From IMG/VR virus record IMGVR_UViG_3300034072_001149, positions 64,001-128,000 of that record: 64,000 bases of DNA; one strand, written 5' to 3'. The stretch is from a virus. Below the pieces are notes generated by a model. That model saw only the letters and a program-made list of their open reading frames with translations. It was not told the DNA's origin and did no database searches. This document shows positions 1 to 13,600 of this stretch, in pieces (the stretch's first letter is position 1; each line of letters opens with the position of its first letter). The position numbers were made by a program, and so were the translations under genes.

Positions 1-49
1 TGAGGAATACTAAGAGAGGACAACGATTAACCGCTGGTAGAAACTGATA

Positions 50-75
50 AAAATGGGGGCGCAAGCCCCCATTTT
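50..75. terminator. Bidirectional intrinsic terminator
   Basis: AAAATGGGGGC-GCAA-GCCCCCATTTT hairpin with A/T tracts on both sides, right after the exonuclease stop. Confidence 0.8.
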
Positions 76-680
76 CACAACCGGTTTGGAATGCCCTTTA
101 TTGGGCTTAGACCACGGGTTTCGCGCATCATGTTGATGAACATGGCGCCTTGCTCAATGGCATCGTCAATCGCCACATGGGTATGTGGAAGATCATCAAA
201 CCAATGCTTTGGCATTGTTCGTTTGCTACAGCTTTGGAAGTGTCGACCCATCACTGCCCAAGCATAACTCTTGACATCCACCGCTCGGCTAAAGCTGAAC
301 GGATTGTTACCAAGATACTTGACGCAATAATAATCAATCCATTTGAAATCATATACAGCAGGATATCCTACAAAGATAGGTTGACCTGGTAATGTTTTTA
401 ACCAATCAGCATATGCCCTCATGGCTTGTGCGGGAGGCTGAGTATTAACTCTGGTTGCCGCATATGCTTTTTTGTTTGCTTCGCTTTCGTTCCAGAACTC
501 AGTTGTTTCTGGGCTGGGAGAAGCACCTTCCATAAGATCCAAGTTGGCTTCAAATGTTCCAACTAGGTTCTTTTCTACATCAAACGCCGCAGTGGCAAAG
601 CTGAGCATACTAGAGAGACCTGGGCATTTGCCGTCGGCCTCAATATCGGTCATACAGTAGATTTCTTGCTTGCCGCCCAT
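75..680 (-). CDS. DEDDh 3'-5' exonuclease (DnaQ-like)
   Basis: Motifs TDIEADG, PIFVGYPAVYD and HVAIDDA; ATG at 680 preferred over the track's 767. Confidence 0.75.
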   Translation of the reverse strand: MGGKQEIYCMTDIEADGKCPGLSSMLSFATAAFDVEKNLVGTFEANLDLMEGASPSPETTEFWNESEANKKAYAATRVNTQPPAQAMRAYADWLKTLPGQPIFVGYPAVYDFKWIDYYCVKYLGNNPFSFSRAVDVKSYAWAVMGRHFQSCSKRTMPKHWFDDLPHTHVAIDDAIEQGAMFINMMRETRGLSPIKGIPNRL

Positions 681-711
681 GTGCTCGCTTCCTGATCGCT
701 TTGCGCGATTC

Positions 712-957
712 TTAGGCTTGAGTATCGGGATCGCTTTTGACCTTTTTGGCCGCTTTGCGTTCAGCAAAACGGTCTTCGGGAGTCATAACCCAATTGGGAT
801 TTTTCTCCTCTGGACTTTTGAGTTCAGGAGTATTGATTTTGTTTCTGGTTTTGGGTCTCTGCGTGATTAACGGAGAGACTGAAACCTTTTCAACACTATT
901 GAATTTTTCGCGATCCGCTATTGCTTTAGGATCGCCTGTTTTGGTAGGCTTTTCCAT
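712..957 (-). CDS. Hypothetical basic protein
   Basis: 81-aa ORF with a GGA SD, directly downstream of a sigma70-like promoter. Confidence 0.55.
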   Translation of the reverse strand: MEKPTKTGDPKAIADREKFNSVEKVSVSPLITQRPKTRNKINTPELKSPEEKNPNWVMTPEDRFAERKAAKKVKSDPDTQA

Positions 958-966
958 ATTTCCTAC

Positions 967-994
967 TTTATAGCACCTATTGCCAGCATGTCAA
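967..994 (-). promoter_or_regulatory. sigma70-like early promoter
   Basis: TTGACA-N16-TATAAA. Confidence 0.6.
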
Positions 995-1030
995 GAATTG
1001 GTTCTCATAAAATGCGCAGTTTATACACCG

Positions 1031-1037
1031 ATAAATA
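1031..1037 (+). promoter_or_regulatory. Putative T4-like late promoter
   Basis: ATAAATA upstream of the baseplate gene; (A/C)TAAATA recurs at 15006 and 15622 (+) and at 23229, 34292 and 41084 (-). Confidence 0.55.
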
Positions 1038-1058
1038 TCAATATATTGGAGGGATCGC

Positions 1059-1442
1059 ATGACGCAACGCAGATTGTTTGTTGGCTTTAGCACTCAAGAA
1101 ATGGAAGGCAAACGTGGTTGGTCGGTAACTGATATTGAGCTCATCAAGCGCGACCTTCTAAATCATTTCTATACTCGTAGAGGTGAAAGGGTGATGCTGC
1201 CAACATATGGTACCATTATCTGGGATCTGCTTTTTGAACCATTCACTGACTCCGTTAAGGCCTCAGTTGAAGCTGATGTAAAAAGAGTGGTGAGGAGTGA
1301 CCCCCGAGTTGTTCTACAGAATGTCAATGCCTCTACTTCTGCGTATGGCATAACCATAGCCATTGAACTCAAGTATGTTCCATATGATTCAGTTGGAACA
1401 TTTGCTTTGGAGTTTGATCGTCGCTCCCTTGAGAGGAATTAA
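1059..1442 (+). CDS. Baseplate wedge subunit, gp25-like
   Basis: IKRDLLNHFYTRRGERVMLPTYGTIIWDLLFEP and DPRV match the GPW/gp25 pattern. Confidence 0.9.
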   Translation: MTQRRLFVGFSTQEMEGKRGWSVTDIELIKRDLLNHFYTRRGERVMLPTYGTIIWDLLFEPFTDSVKASVEADVKRVVRSDPRVVLQNVNASTSAYGITIAIELKYVPYDSVGTFALEFDRRSLERN

Positions 1443-1444
1443 GA

Positions 1445-4400
1445 ATGTCACAATCAAACCGCCAGAGTGAACTATTCGCTGGTAACGACTGGCTAGCTGC
1501 CTATAGAGCGTTTACTGAAGTCAACCTTAACGCTTTTGACTTCAACACCATTCGCAGTGCCATGGTGGAGTATATTCGCCGCAACTATCCAGAGGATTTC
1601 AACGACTGGATTGAGTCGAGCGAGTTTGTTGCTCTAATTGATCTCTTGGCATATCTTGGGCAGTCTCTGGCATTCAGAACTGACATCAATGCTCGCGAAA
1701 ACTTTCTTGATGCCGCTCGTCGTCGAGAATCTATTCTTCGTCTGGCCCGTTCTCTTTCCTATAACGCTAAGAGAAACTACCCAGCTAGAGGCTTGGTCAA
1801 ACTAACTGAGATTCGTTCTACATTTGACGTTTATGACTCAACAGGTAGAAACCTTAACAACATTGCGATTAGATGGGATGATCCTAATAACCCAGATTGG
1901 TTTGAACAATGGGTTATTGTGCTCAATGCTTCTTTGATAGAAACCAATCCCTTTGGTGTTCCTCTTAAAACTGAGAATATCGATGGTATTGAAACCCAAC
2001 TTTATCGAGTTGATAATGTTCCTACAACAGCAGGAAATTATCCGTTCAGTGCTACGGTAAACAACCAGTCATATAACTTTGATATCTGTAATGCTGACTT
2101 CAATACATCATATGGATTCGTGGAAAGAGAACCAGATCCAAACGGACCTTTCCATCTAATCTATCGTTCAGATGGTAACGGAAATAGCTCGCCCAATACT
2201 GGTTTCTTTCTGTATTTCAAGCAAGGAACACTTCAGAAAAGTGACTTCTCCATAAGTGAACCACAGGAAAACAGGTCCATCTTCATTGATACCGCCGGTA
2301 TCAATGAAACTGACGTATGGGTTCAATCGGTTGACGACTTTGGGTCTCTTATTCCTGACGGTTCATGGACAAGGGTTGGTCATGTCCCAAGTGACGATAT
2401 CGTAAAGGTTCTGCTGACAACTGAAAACATTACCTACAATTCTATTGATGTTGATATTCAAAACATCTTCCAAGTGGTAACACAGGAACAGGATCGTATT
2501 GCTTTGCGCTTTGGTGATGGCCGTTTTGGTCTGTCCCCTGTTGGAAATCTTAGAATTTGGTATCGAGTTTCTGCCAATCAGAATCTGAATATTCGCCCCG
2601 AAGACATGCAGGGCTTGGCAATCAATGTTCCGTTCTTTGCTCGCAACAATACTCAGAAGCGTCTGACTTTGACGTTTGCTCTACAAGAAGCCGTTAACAA
2701 CGGTGTCAATAGCGAGAGCAATGCTGATGTTAGACGTAGAGCTGCTCGTGTCTATGGCACCCAAGGTCGTATGGTTAGCGGTGCAGATTATAATGAACTA
2801 CCAGTTCAAACAAACCTAGCCGTTCGTTTGAAGGCAGTCAATCGAGTGTATTCAGGACAGAGCCGATTTATTGATCTGAATGATCCAACTGGTAACTATC
2901 AAAATACCAAGGTTTTCGCTGACGATGGTGCGTTCTATCTGCTGGAGAAAAACGAGTCCCTAGAAGTTTCACAAACAGTTGCCAGTGTTGATGAAATGAT
3001 CAACAACTATATTGCTGATGTGGCGGCAAGCATTCCTCTTCGAGATTTCTATAGCAATTGGCTTTATAAAAGCCTCCCCCAGGGAACTGATATCTATGTT
3101 CCATCGTTCAACCGTTTTTCAAATGACTATACGGCCAAATCAGAAGTGCGTCGCGAAGTCAGGGAAAATCTAGAACTGAATAGAACTTTTGCTCTTGGTT
3201 TCAACAATGAACCAGGTGAAGGTTGGTATGTATTGACTTCAAGTGAAGTCAATCCCGACTTGGACGACCCATATGAATTCATATCATCAGCATCACCTGG
3301 ACCAAATAGCTGGTTGATCCATGTTGAATTCAATAATAACTTTTGGAGGATCACTAGCCGTGGCCTCAACTATGTATTTGAATCAGAGAGGGATTGTAAA
3401 TTCTTTTTTGTAAGCGAATACAAGAGCATTGACCCTAATACTGGTAGATCAGGATCAGATACTGTCAGTCTTTTGAAATCTCCTAATAATTTCAAGGGTG
3501 TAGTCCTGACGAACAACGAGGGCGGGCAGAATCGACTTGCCTCGGATCTAGTGTTGAAGCTTGAAGCACCTTTTATCTACGATGATGGTTTCCATGAGCC
3601 ATCAAGAGTGAAGGTTCGTTTCAATGACCGTCAATCTGATGGTATTCCAGATGTGCCATTTACATACCAGGCTCTTAAGAATATCAGTACAGATGACCAG
3701 GGTCGCCTCAACCAATTGGTATTGGTTCATCTGAACTCTACTGATACTGACGGTTATCCAGTTCAGCGTCTCATCAAACGATTAGAACCAGAGATTACTC
3801 AACTGTTGCCTGGTGAATATGGGTATGTAGAAAGAATAGACAACGGCAATGTAGTGGATATCTATAAAGGAAATCCAGGATATTTGATTCCTAGATCTTC
3901 TGATATTGTTGGCAATTCACTGCGCTTGAATGATCAACCAACTGACTACCTGGTGGATGGACAATCCTTTACGGTAAGAGAAGGTGTGAATAATTTGGTT
4001 TACCAATGGAACCACTTTGCTCCTAGTAGTCACCGTATTGATCCGGCGATCTCTAATATCATTGATATATTTGTTCTTACCAGAGAGTATAATGATGCGA
4101 TGATAAGCTGGCGCAATGCAGGAGCAAATCCAGCTGACATGCCAAAGGCGCCGAGTGAACTGAATTTGAGAACTACCTTCAACCCTCTTGAAGAATTCAA
4201 GATGTTCTCTGATGAAATAGTCTGGCGCCCTGTCAAATTCAAGCTGCTATTCGGACAGAGTGCTGAACCACAGTTTAGAAGCAAGTTTAAGATTGTAAAA
4301 CTCGCAGGAACTTCAATGTCTGATGGTGAAATCAAATCCAGAGTGATCGAAGCCATACGAGATTTCTTCGAAGTAAATAACTGGGACTTTGGTGAGACAT

Positions 4401-4609
4401 TCTTCTTTTCTGAGCTAGGTGCCTATATTCATAGGCAGTTGGCTACAGCAATCTCAAGTGTGGAACTTGTCCCAGTCTTGAATGATAGTTATTTTGGTAA
4501 CTTGCGTGAAATTAGGTGCGCTCCTGACGAGCTTTTCTTTGCTACCGCACAAGTAAGCGATGTGGATATCATCACAGCAAATACCCCGACAAACCTTAGG
4601 ATTAGGTAA
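1445..4609 (+). CDS. Baseplate wedge subunit, gp6-like
   Basis: N-terminal DFNTIR...FNDWIESSEFVALIDLLAY...ENFLDAARRRESILRLA, FGDGRFG and RMVSGADY motifs; follows gp25. Confidence 0.85.
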   Translation: MSQSNRQSELFAGNDWLAAYRAFTEVNLNAFDFNTIRSAMVEYIRRNYPEDFNDWIESSEFVALIDLLAYLGQSLAFRTDINARENFLDAARRRESILRLARSLSYNAKRNYPARGLVKLTEIRSTFDVYDSTGRNLNNIAIRWDDPNNPDWFEQWVIVLNASLIETNPFGVPLKTENIDGIETQLYRVDNVPTTAGNYPFSATVNNQSYNFDICNADFNTSYGFVEREPDPNGPFHLIYRSDGNGNSSPNTGFFLYFKQGTLQKSDFSISEPQENRSIFIDTAGINETDVWVQSVDDFGSLIPDGSWTRVGHVPSDDIVKVLLTTENITYNSIDVDIQNIFQVVTQEQDRIALRFGDGRFGLSPVGNLRIWYRVSANQNLNIRPEDMQGLAINVPFFARNNTQKRLTLTFALQEAVNNGVNSESNADVRRRAARVYGTQGRMVSGADYNELPVQTNLAVRLKAVNRVYSGQSRFIDLNDPTGNYQNTKVFADDGAFYLLEKNESLEVSQTVASVDEMINNYIADVAASIPLRDFYSNWLYKSLPQGTDIYVPSFNRFSNDYTAKSEVRREVRENLELNRTFALGFNNEPGEGWYVLTSSEVNPDLDDPYEFISSASPGPNSWLIHVEFNNNFWRITSRGLNYVFESERDCKFFFVSEYKSIDPNTGRSGSDTVSLLKSPNNFKGVVLTNNEGGQNRLASDLVLKLEAPFIYDDGFHEPSRVKVRFNDRQSDGIPDVPFTYQALKNISTDDQGRLNQLVLVHLNSTDTDGYPVQRLIKRLEPEITQLLPGEYGYVERIDNGNVVDIYKGNPGYLIPRSSDIVGNSLRLNDQPTDYLVDGQSFTVREGVNNLVYQWNHFAPSSHRIDPAISNIIDIFVLTREYNDAMISWRNAGANPADMPKAPSELNLRTTFNPLEEFKMFSDEIVWRPVKFKLLFGQSAEPQFRSKFKIVKLAGTSMSDGEIKSRVIEAIRDFFEVNNWDFGETFFFSELGAYIHRQLATAISSVELVPVLNDSYFGNLREIRCAPDELFFATAQVSDVDIITANTPTNLRIR

Positions 4610-7600
4610 TGGCCAAAAATACTCGTAATAACCCGTTTGCTTTTACACCAATAGTCTTGGATCAGGACTCTCACGAAAAGCGTCGAGTTATCAGACAACT
4701 TCCTGCTGTCCATCAGACAGAGACACTACAAAAGTTTTTTGGTTCTTCTGTTGATCATCTTTTTGATCCAGGCAAAGGTAAGCCTATCAATGGATATGTG
4801 GGACAAAAGCCTCTCTGGTATGAACCAAATCAGGACTATTACCTTGAAGAATCAACTGACGATAGGAACTTCTACCAGCTTGAACCAAGCATGGTTAGCA
4901 AGAATTCCGAAGGTGAATTGACTGATCTGCTGCCTTATCCCGATTTGATCAACCAATTGCGATTCCAAGGCGCGCTGGTTAACAATCATAATCGTCTGTT
5001 CTCGCAGGACTTCTACACCTGGTGCCCTCCTATCGACTTGGATAAGATTGTCAATTTTAGACAGTATGTCTGGTTACCCTCGGATGCGTCTGAAATCAAT
5101 GACAACGCTATTATCCTAAAGGGTCCTACTGTCACGTACAATAGCACTGGTAGTGATACCGTCTATAGTTTGCCTGGTTTTGAAACTGGCGGCAATGTTG
5201 ATCTTCAGAACTATTATGATACGTCGGTTCTAACCTCGGATCTCATTATAGCCGAAGTTGATGGTGAACCAAAATCATTCACCTATACGACTGGTCAAAC
5301 CACTATTACGTTTGATCAGAGGCCACCTGCTGACGCAACCGTGTCGATTTCAGTTTATAGTGATCTAGAAAACAACGCTATTGGATTGTCTAGAGCTAAC
5401 CCTGATGCCTTCGGTGGCGTTTCATTGAGCTCTGGAATGCGCGTTATCATTCTCAAGGATAAGAACAGCGATTTCAATCCAGCTGATGTGTTCATAGTAG
5501 AGGGCGTTGGCCAGAGCATCTTCCTTTTGAATGAAAAGGATTATGTTGGTGGATCGCAGTCTGATTACATGGTCATGGCACGCGGTGCTACCAATAGAAA
5601 CGAATGGTCAACTGGAAATCGCTGGTTCCACGTATCCACGTTGCCAACCAATCTAGATCCTGATTTTGTTCTACGTCAGAGAGCAAAGCGTCCCATCATT
5701 GAATTCAACCGAGATTTGGAACTCCATAACTATGGTCTTCGTCGTCGCCTTGATGTTGATTTAGTGATTGAGGATATTGAAGATCTAAATGGATTTTTGA
5801 ACCAAAGCCCACAGTCTGCTACCTTTTCAGGTATTCAGGTATCATGTGTTGCCAACAATCAGATCAATGTTTCGGCAACCAATCCCGTTACGAATCTACC
5901 GTATGGCAATGTAGACAGCATCAGAGTGTTGGTTCGCAACACTGTCAATCCTCTACTCAACAACAATATCTTGGTTCTAGTAAACCAGGGTAACGTTCTC
6001 AAACTGATCCTAGAAACTGATGGTGAGAACCCTTCAGGTGAACCGGTGGTTGGCGAAGTCGTAAAGATTCTACTAGGATTCTATGCTGGTAAGAATCTTA
6101 ATTGGGATGGAGCCAATTGGGTTCTAAGCCAAAACAAGGGTGATGTAAATCAGTATCCTCTATTCGAACTCTATGATTTGAATGGAAATAATCTTGCTGA
6201 TCCTGTGCTTTATCCAAATTCGAATTTTGCAGGTTCAAGACTGTTTTCTTACAAGGAAGACCGATCTGGTCTACGTCCATCGGATCCAATCCTTGATATG
6301 CCTTTGGTGTATGACAACAAGGGGCAGATTCTGTTTGAAAACTATCTGAGCACTGAGAAGTATCAGTATGTGGTTGCAGGTCGATTCCTTGATATTGAAG
6401 GATTTTACTTCCACAAAGTTGGAAATATTGATCCTTCACAAGAAACTCTCAGCAACGACTGGCACAAAGCACCTCAGAAGACTCGTCAGTTCATGGTTGA
6501 TCGTTACGTAAGTGATGGTAGAACCAAGCTGTTCCAGATCAGCCAGGATGCTCTTGAAATTTCGGTTTCAAGAGGAAGAGTAAACTCTGACAATTCTTTT
6601 GAACAAACGGTTCTTGTTGAAGATAGTGATTTCATCCGAGTTGATAGACAGATATTCATCCTAAACATTCAGTTGGGAGATATCATTGAAATCAGGACAT
6701 TCAACCCAGCAAATCCTCCGGCTGATGCCAAGGGTTTTTATGAGGTTCCACTAAATCTACAGGCGAATCCTGACAACTCTGAAGTCTCTGATATGACCAA
6801 GGGTGATTTCTTTGATCACTTCTCTGAGATTATGAAACGACAGGAGGGTTTCGAGGGAGCAGAATACTCAACCAACAATTACCGTGATACTGCCAAACTT
6901 CCTAACCTTGGAACCAATATTATCCAACATTCTGCTGGCTTGCTGAAGACAATGCTGTTGGCTAGCCAGAGCCAATTGGATATCACCTCAGCAATTCGAT
7001 TTGTTGAATCAGAATACGCTCGCTTCAAAGATAAATTCCAGCAGAAGATTCTGTCATACTCTATCAACAACCGAATTGGTAATGCTGCGACATATGACAC
7101 TTGGATCAATACCGCTCTAACTGAACTGAACAAAGGCAAGACAAAAAGTTTTCCTTTTTACCTGAGCGGTATGGCAAAGAACGGAACTAATCAGCTTCCT
7201 ACCTTTATTCCCCCTACTCCAAGTTATCTAGGAGTATATCCCCTGTACACCCCTGAGATCATCTCTCAAGAGGTCGACGGCGCAGACGATGTATGGTTCG
7301 TTCGAGGTCACGACGGTTCTCTAACGCAGGGACAGAACGAAACAGTAGCTAGAGTAATGCTGGCACTGGAACAGAGAATCTTTGACAGTGTTCCTGCACC
7401 TATTCGCGAGCGCGAACGTCCAGTTTGTGACTTCCAGACGTCATATGGTGATCAATACCGCAGTAACGACTATTCTTACGAAGAATACCTCCAGATTCTT
7501 CGTCCTTCTTTTGAGCGTTGGGCAGTGTCCTTTAGATTGGATCCAAGGGAAAATGATCTCAGCCAAGATACCTTGGAAGCAAAGATTAACCTAAAGGCCA

Positions 7601-10600
7601 ACCCTTGGACATGGAACTGGTCTTCTGCTAGAACACAAACCGGTGAAAAGGTTCCAGGCAACTGGCGCGGTATATATGAGAAGTTCTTTGGAACTCAGCG
7701 CCCTGACCTGACCCCTTGGGAATCTCTTGGGTTTTCGATTAAGCCTGAATGGTGGGATGATCGTTATGGGCCTGCTCCTTACACTAGCGAGAATCTAGTT
7801 CTTTGGGAAGATCTAGAACGTGGATATATCCACGATGGAGACCGAAAAGGCATCAATCAGGAGTGGGCACGTCCTGGTCTTCGTGACTACATGCCAGTTG
7901 ATGCTAGAGGTCGTCTCCGCCATCCAGGTCCTAGAGATCTAATCGCTCTTAATGATGTTACCATAGATACTGATCTAGCCTATGCTAGCGATCCCCTAAT
8001 GTGGGAAGACACTAGAGACGACGGCGTTCTTGGTTGTGGCATCTGCACTACGGTTCCACTAGTTCAAGAACGAAAGGCTGATTGGGAATGGGGCGACATT
8101 GGTCCTGTAGAACAAACATGGAGAAGGACTAGTAACTTTGCGTTTGCGGTCGCGACCGCATCATACCTGATGAAGCCAGCTAGCTTTGTTGAAATGGGTT
8201 GGAACACCCAAGATATGAGCTTGTTCTTCAAGGGCACAATGAGTGAGCAGTATCTAAACCAAGATACCAAGGGACGTCCTGCTCATCGTGAACTTCAAGT
8301 CCATGGTGAAGTTCTGGAGGATTTCAGTCTTGTTACCAAGGTTGGTATCCAACAGTGGATAAGCGACTTCCTGACTAGCAGAAATACAGCAATCAATAGC
8401 AACCTGGCTGAAAGAGTCAGAGGCCTTGGTGCGCAGCTGAGTTATAAAATCGCCGGATTTACTGATTCAACAACACTTGGTGTTGTGAGCGATGCGTTTG
8501 GCAGAGTTCCTAGTGAAGACGTAACGGTGGCATTGTTTAGAAGCCCCAGCGTGCGAGAGGAAACTTATAGTGGCGTTGCCATTGAATACACTGGTCGCGG
8601 CTATGAAGTTTTTGGTTATGATGTTTTGAATCCATACTTTCCTACCCTACCTCCTGCAGTAAACGGTGGAAAGATCAGCGTTGGTGATGGATTGGGAAGC
8701 GTCTCTATTCCAACCTGGCGTCCGACTACCTATTTCAGTGTAGGAATTACAGTTCGTTTTCAGGATAACTTCTATCGAGCCGTAAGGACCCATACCTCAG
8801 CTACCTTCTTTGAAGATGAGTTCTGGACTCAAGTTTCTCGTCCTCAGTTCGCTGACGGAACTGCTTTGATCTGGTATACTGAGGGTGAAATTGAACCAGT
8901 AGTGGAAAAGATTGCCTATGGAACCGTCTTCAAAGATCCACAGGAAGTAGCTGATTTCTTGAATGGTTATGAACGTTATCTAGAATCCAAGGGCTGGATT
9001 TTTGAAAACGTGGGCGAAGATGAGTCAGAGGTGCGCGATTGGAAATCTGCTCTGAAAAGCTTCATTACATGGAGTAATGCAGAAGCTAGAGTAGCTGGTG
9101 ATTTCATTAGTTTGAGTCCAGCTAGCCGTTTGATTCAGTTTGCTACTGATCAAGGAACGATCCAGCCTATTGAACAGATTGTCAATGGACTTTATGCCAT
9201 TGTCGATCAAAATGGTCAGCCAATTGACAATCAGGTGACTAGGGTTGTCCGTAATGACGGTAATGTAAGCATTACCTGTGATAACTCTACATCTGGTATT
9301 TTTGGTCTCCGTCTCTACATTAGTGAAATGGAGCACGTCTTGGTATTCAATAATACCACGATCTTTGGCGATACCATTTATAGCCCATTGCTGAATATCA
9401 AGCAGCCAAGACTCCGTCTACAAGGATTCAAGACCGTTGCTTGGAAGGGTAGGATTGACGCACCTGGTTTCATTATCACTGGCGACACGTTGACGCCAAA
9501 CTTTGAAAGATCAGCTGACGATTTCCGTAGATTCTTTGATATTGAATCAATGGAAAATAAAAAGCTACAGGATCGCGCTCGCGCAAACTTTGGTTATGAG
9601 GAAAAAGAATACCTCAATAACCTATTGCTGACGCCTACTAATCAGTTTGAATTCTACCAGGGTATGATTCAACAAAAGGGCTCGCCAACCTCTATGCGTC
9701 GCCTACTTCGCTCGAACTTTATTCGCCACAACAAAGGGCTACAACTGTTCGAGGAATGGGCTTTCCGTGTGGGTGATTATGGCGGTCAGGAAGTTTCTCC
9801 ACAGCTTGATATTTTGATTCGTCAAAGTGAATTCAAGCATAACCCCCAGATGATTCAGTTCAGCAATGTTCAATCTCCAAATTCTTTTGGTATTATTGAT
9901 GTTGTTGACGAAAACGTTGGACAAGATAATCGCACGCTAGACGAACGTTGGCAGTGGCGCCCGGATATGCAGAATATCAACTGGCCTCTAGCTGATTTCG
10001 GCCAAGGTGACGCGCCACTACCAACGGCAGGCTATGTGAATTTGAGTGAAGTGCGATTCACAGTTGCTACAAATTCTGCTTTTGAAAACTTTTTTGGAGA
10101 GCAGGAGGCAACCGCCGATCCAATTCAGGATGGTGATCGCGTATGGGTTTATGGTATTGGTAGTGGAGATCCAAGTAGTGCTTGGATGACCTATAGATTC
10201 ACTGATACCAACTATGATATGGTCAACTCCTTTGTTCCTTCACATGCGGATCAAGGACTGGTCATTCAGGTTCAAAACGACCTACAGGGTATTGTTGATA
10301 TCAATACTGACCCAACACAAACGCCAGTTTTTGTTGCTCAAAACCTTGTTTCCAATGAGGTCGACGATAATGGATTGACGATTTCCGGTGAACGTTTGAT
10401 TCTCAGGGATATTGTCGGATCTGACATCAATCCACTGGCGACTTATATCCCCAAGGTTTTCAACCGAGCAAGTGTTACTCTTGACTCAACAACCGGGTCT
10501 GAGACTTTTGTCATGGGCCTATATCCCGAAGCCAAGCAGATCATTCGTAAGATTCGAGTAATAATTGATGAAGCTTTTGATGAAGGATCTACCCTACAGA

Positions 10601-13600
10601 TTGGTCACAGGGGAAATCCAGGCTTGTTTGTGGATATAAGAGAAGAAGCCGACCGTGGCATCTTCCCAACCAACTTTGATCAAGAGCAAGTTTTGGTACA
10701 AACTCCAGATCTATCCTATATGCCACCCAACGTCACTACTGCTGATGTAAATCTAGTGAGAGTGGGAAGGGTAGGAAACTTCTGTGCTCAGACGATAGTT
10801 GAGTGGGAATGGGTAAGAGCTAGTGATGGTCAGATCTTTACCGGCCAAGTCACTTATATGCGCCCAAGTGACTATGATTCTTCTAGAGATCAGACTGAAG
10901 CATATCTACAAACTATCAGAGTTCCAGTCTTGGACGAAGATGTAGTGGGTGGTAGTGAGGGAACGCTTACTATAAAAACCAACGGAGTTCAGACTGATAG
11001 CCAAACTCTGAGATTTGAACGATCCACTAGTGCCCGTTTGAATTTTGTGGATCTTACTCGCGTTGGAACTTATGAGTTTGATCGCGTGAATTTCTCAGTA
11101 TTCCCCTGGGATTCTGCGCTTGCTGGTGACAATCGTGACATGATAGCCACTCTATTCAATTCAGGCCTGAACGGTTCGGTTAGAATTGAGGTTGATTATC
11201 ACTACATGAAGGGCTTTGAGCTAACTGAAACCATCAATGGAAACGTGGTCCCAGTTATCGCTTCTTCTGATGGTGGAACAGCCAATATCTTCACATGGGT
11301 CAAGACTCGTTATCCACTTCTAAATGGTATTCCTGAGAATCTGTTTGAAGTTGGCGATCTGATTGAAGTAGATTCGGCTCATGATAACCCTGGATACTGG
11401 GCAGTCTATGCTCGAACCACAAATGGCTGGGAACAGACAAGACGTCAGAACCGCAAGGTAGACAGTAGTCTGATAACCAATGCTGCTATATTCAACAACA
11501 AGGAAAATCAGCTCAAGCTCGTCCTGCAACTCTATGACCCATACAAAGGCTTTATCCCTGGTGTTGCTGATCGTGAATTGACCTATAAGACTTTCAACGA
11601 TCCTGCCACATACAATGATGGTCGTTTGATCTGGGGCAAGGAGCAAGTAGGCCAGCTTTGGTGGGATCTAAGTGCGGTTCGCTACCTTGATTATGAAATC
11701 TATGACAAGTGGAACGGCACTGACCATGAAGGTGTAACCTATCGTTGGAAGAACTGGGGTAGAGTCGCTCCCAACTCTAGCGTTGATATCTACCAGTGGG
11801 TCAGAAGCCCAGTGGCCCCTAACGGATGGGCTGACTATGTTGAAAGTAAGGCAAACCTAAAAATTGATAATAAGCCTTCTGGCACTGTTTCTGAAGACAC
11901 CAGGTTTATAACAGACATGGAGTGGAATGACGAAATTCAGGCAGATGAAACTGTTTATTATTTCTGGGTTAAGAATCCTACGGTAGTGCCAACTCTGGCT
12001 TCTAGGAAACTTTCAGCACAGCAGGTAAGCAATATTCTTACCAACCCTACTTCTAATGATATTCCGTTCTTTGCGGTAATAGATACCAACAAATGTATTG
12101 TTGGTGGAATCAAGCAGTTTCTAAATGAAACAGATACTGTCTTGAAGATCAAATGGCTCAAAGAAGCTGATGTCCACAACAACCATCACAAACAGTGGAT
12201 GCTTCTTCGCGAACAAGATGAGCGTAACACCATAAACGATACTCTCTGGAATAAGATGAGAGATAGCATTGTGGGCTGGGACGCTACTCAGAAGTCGGTC
12301 CCAGATGAAAAGCTTCCAAGGAATCAGCAAATTGGTGCCCTAGTGCGCCCTCGTCAGAGCTGGTATCCGGCTGACCTTACTGATCTTGGACAGCGACCAA
12401 GCCGCGCGGCACGCGCTGCCTTTGTTGATGCTTTTAATGACATCATGAGCAAACAGCCATTTATTGACCAGTGGTTTGGTTGGGAAGAAGTGTTTGATAA
12501 CGGTGAGGAACTTCCTTCAGCCGATCGTTATGTCACCACTGCTCTCGATCTTATTGATTTGAGAAACCTATTACCGGCAACTCGAAATATGGTCCAAGTC
12601 GGCGAATGTGTTTTGATTGAAAACACAATGGAAGTTGCCGGCTTCTGGACCCTCTGGAGATTGGCTGAGATAAACGGTCAGCGAACGTTTGTCATTGAAG
12701 ATTTCCAAAAGTGGAGAATGCAGGAGGGTGAGCTTTGGAATCTTGCTAACTGGTATGCTGAGGGCTGGAGCGCAAGCAACTTCCCCAACTATCGTTTTGC
12801 TACCTATGCTGATCGTGACGCTGCTGGTAACCTAGATGTTACCTTGCTCAAAGGAACACTGGTCCAAGTTGATGTCCAAAGTCCAACCGATGATCGCTGG
12901 TCGTGGGATGTTTATACCTCTACTTCAAAGTATCAGGTAGCCAAGGCACGATCCACGATGCGATTAACTGATGCGTTCTACGAAAAGTCCAGGGTTGAAT
13001 TTGGACCAGTTCAGGTTAATAGCTTGCTCACTGCTAGTGATGATAATCGTATCACACCAGACCGCATTCAGGAACTTGCTGATCTTGTCAACTTCCGAGA
13101 TGGTTCAAGAGAAATCGAGTTTATCCTGAATACTATGAGAACCAAGTTGTTCGATTCTCTTCAGAAGAATAGCTTGTTCTTTGCTATGGTAAAAAGCGCA
13201 TTCAAGCAGAGCATCAATATCGACTGGGCTTTTAAGACTTCGTTCTTGTATCTCGGTGGTTACTCAGAGAATCTAAGACAAAGTCCGGTGGCTTTCAAAG
13301 ATCAGATTGATAATGTGATTGCTTATCTGGAAGAAGTCAAACCCTACCATGTTAAGATTCGTGAATACGTTCGCCGTTTGAGCTATGGTCCAGACCTAGC
13401 TGACCTGGCTATGACAGATTTTGACAAGCCAGTATATCCTTCGGGAGTTTCAAATCGCGTTCTTGATGTAAACAATACGGTGGATCGCTCGATCATGGAA
13501 GTTAATCGTCCATGGCGAGACTGGTTTGAGAATTATCTCAATGAAAACAGAGATCTAAGTAATTGGGACGCCAATTGGAATGGTGTTCGAAGAATGAAGG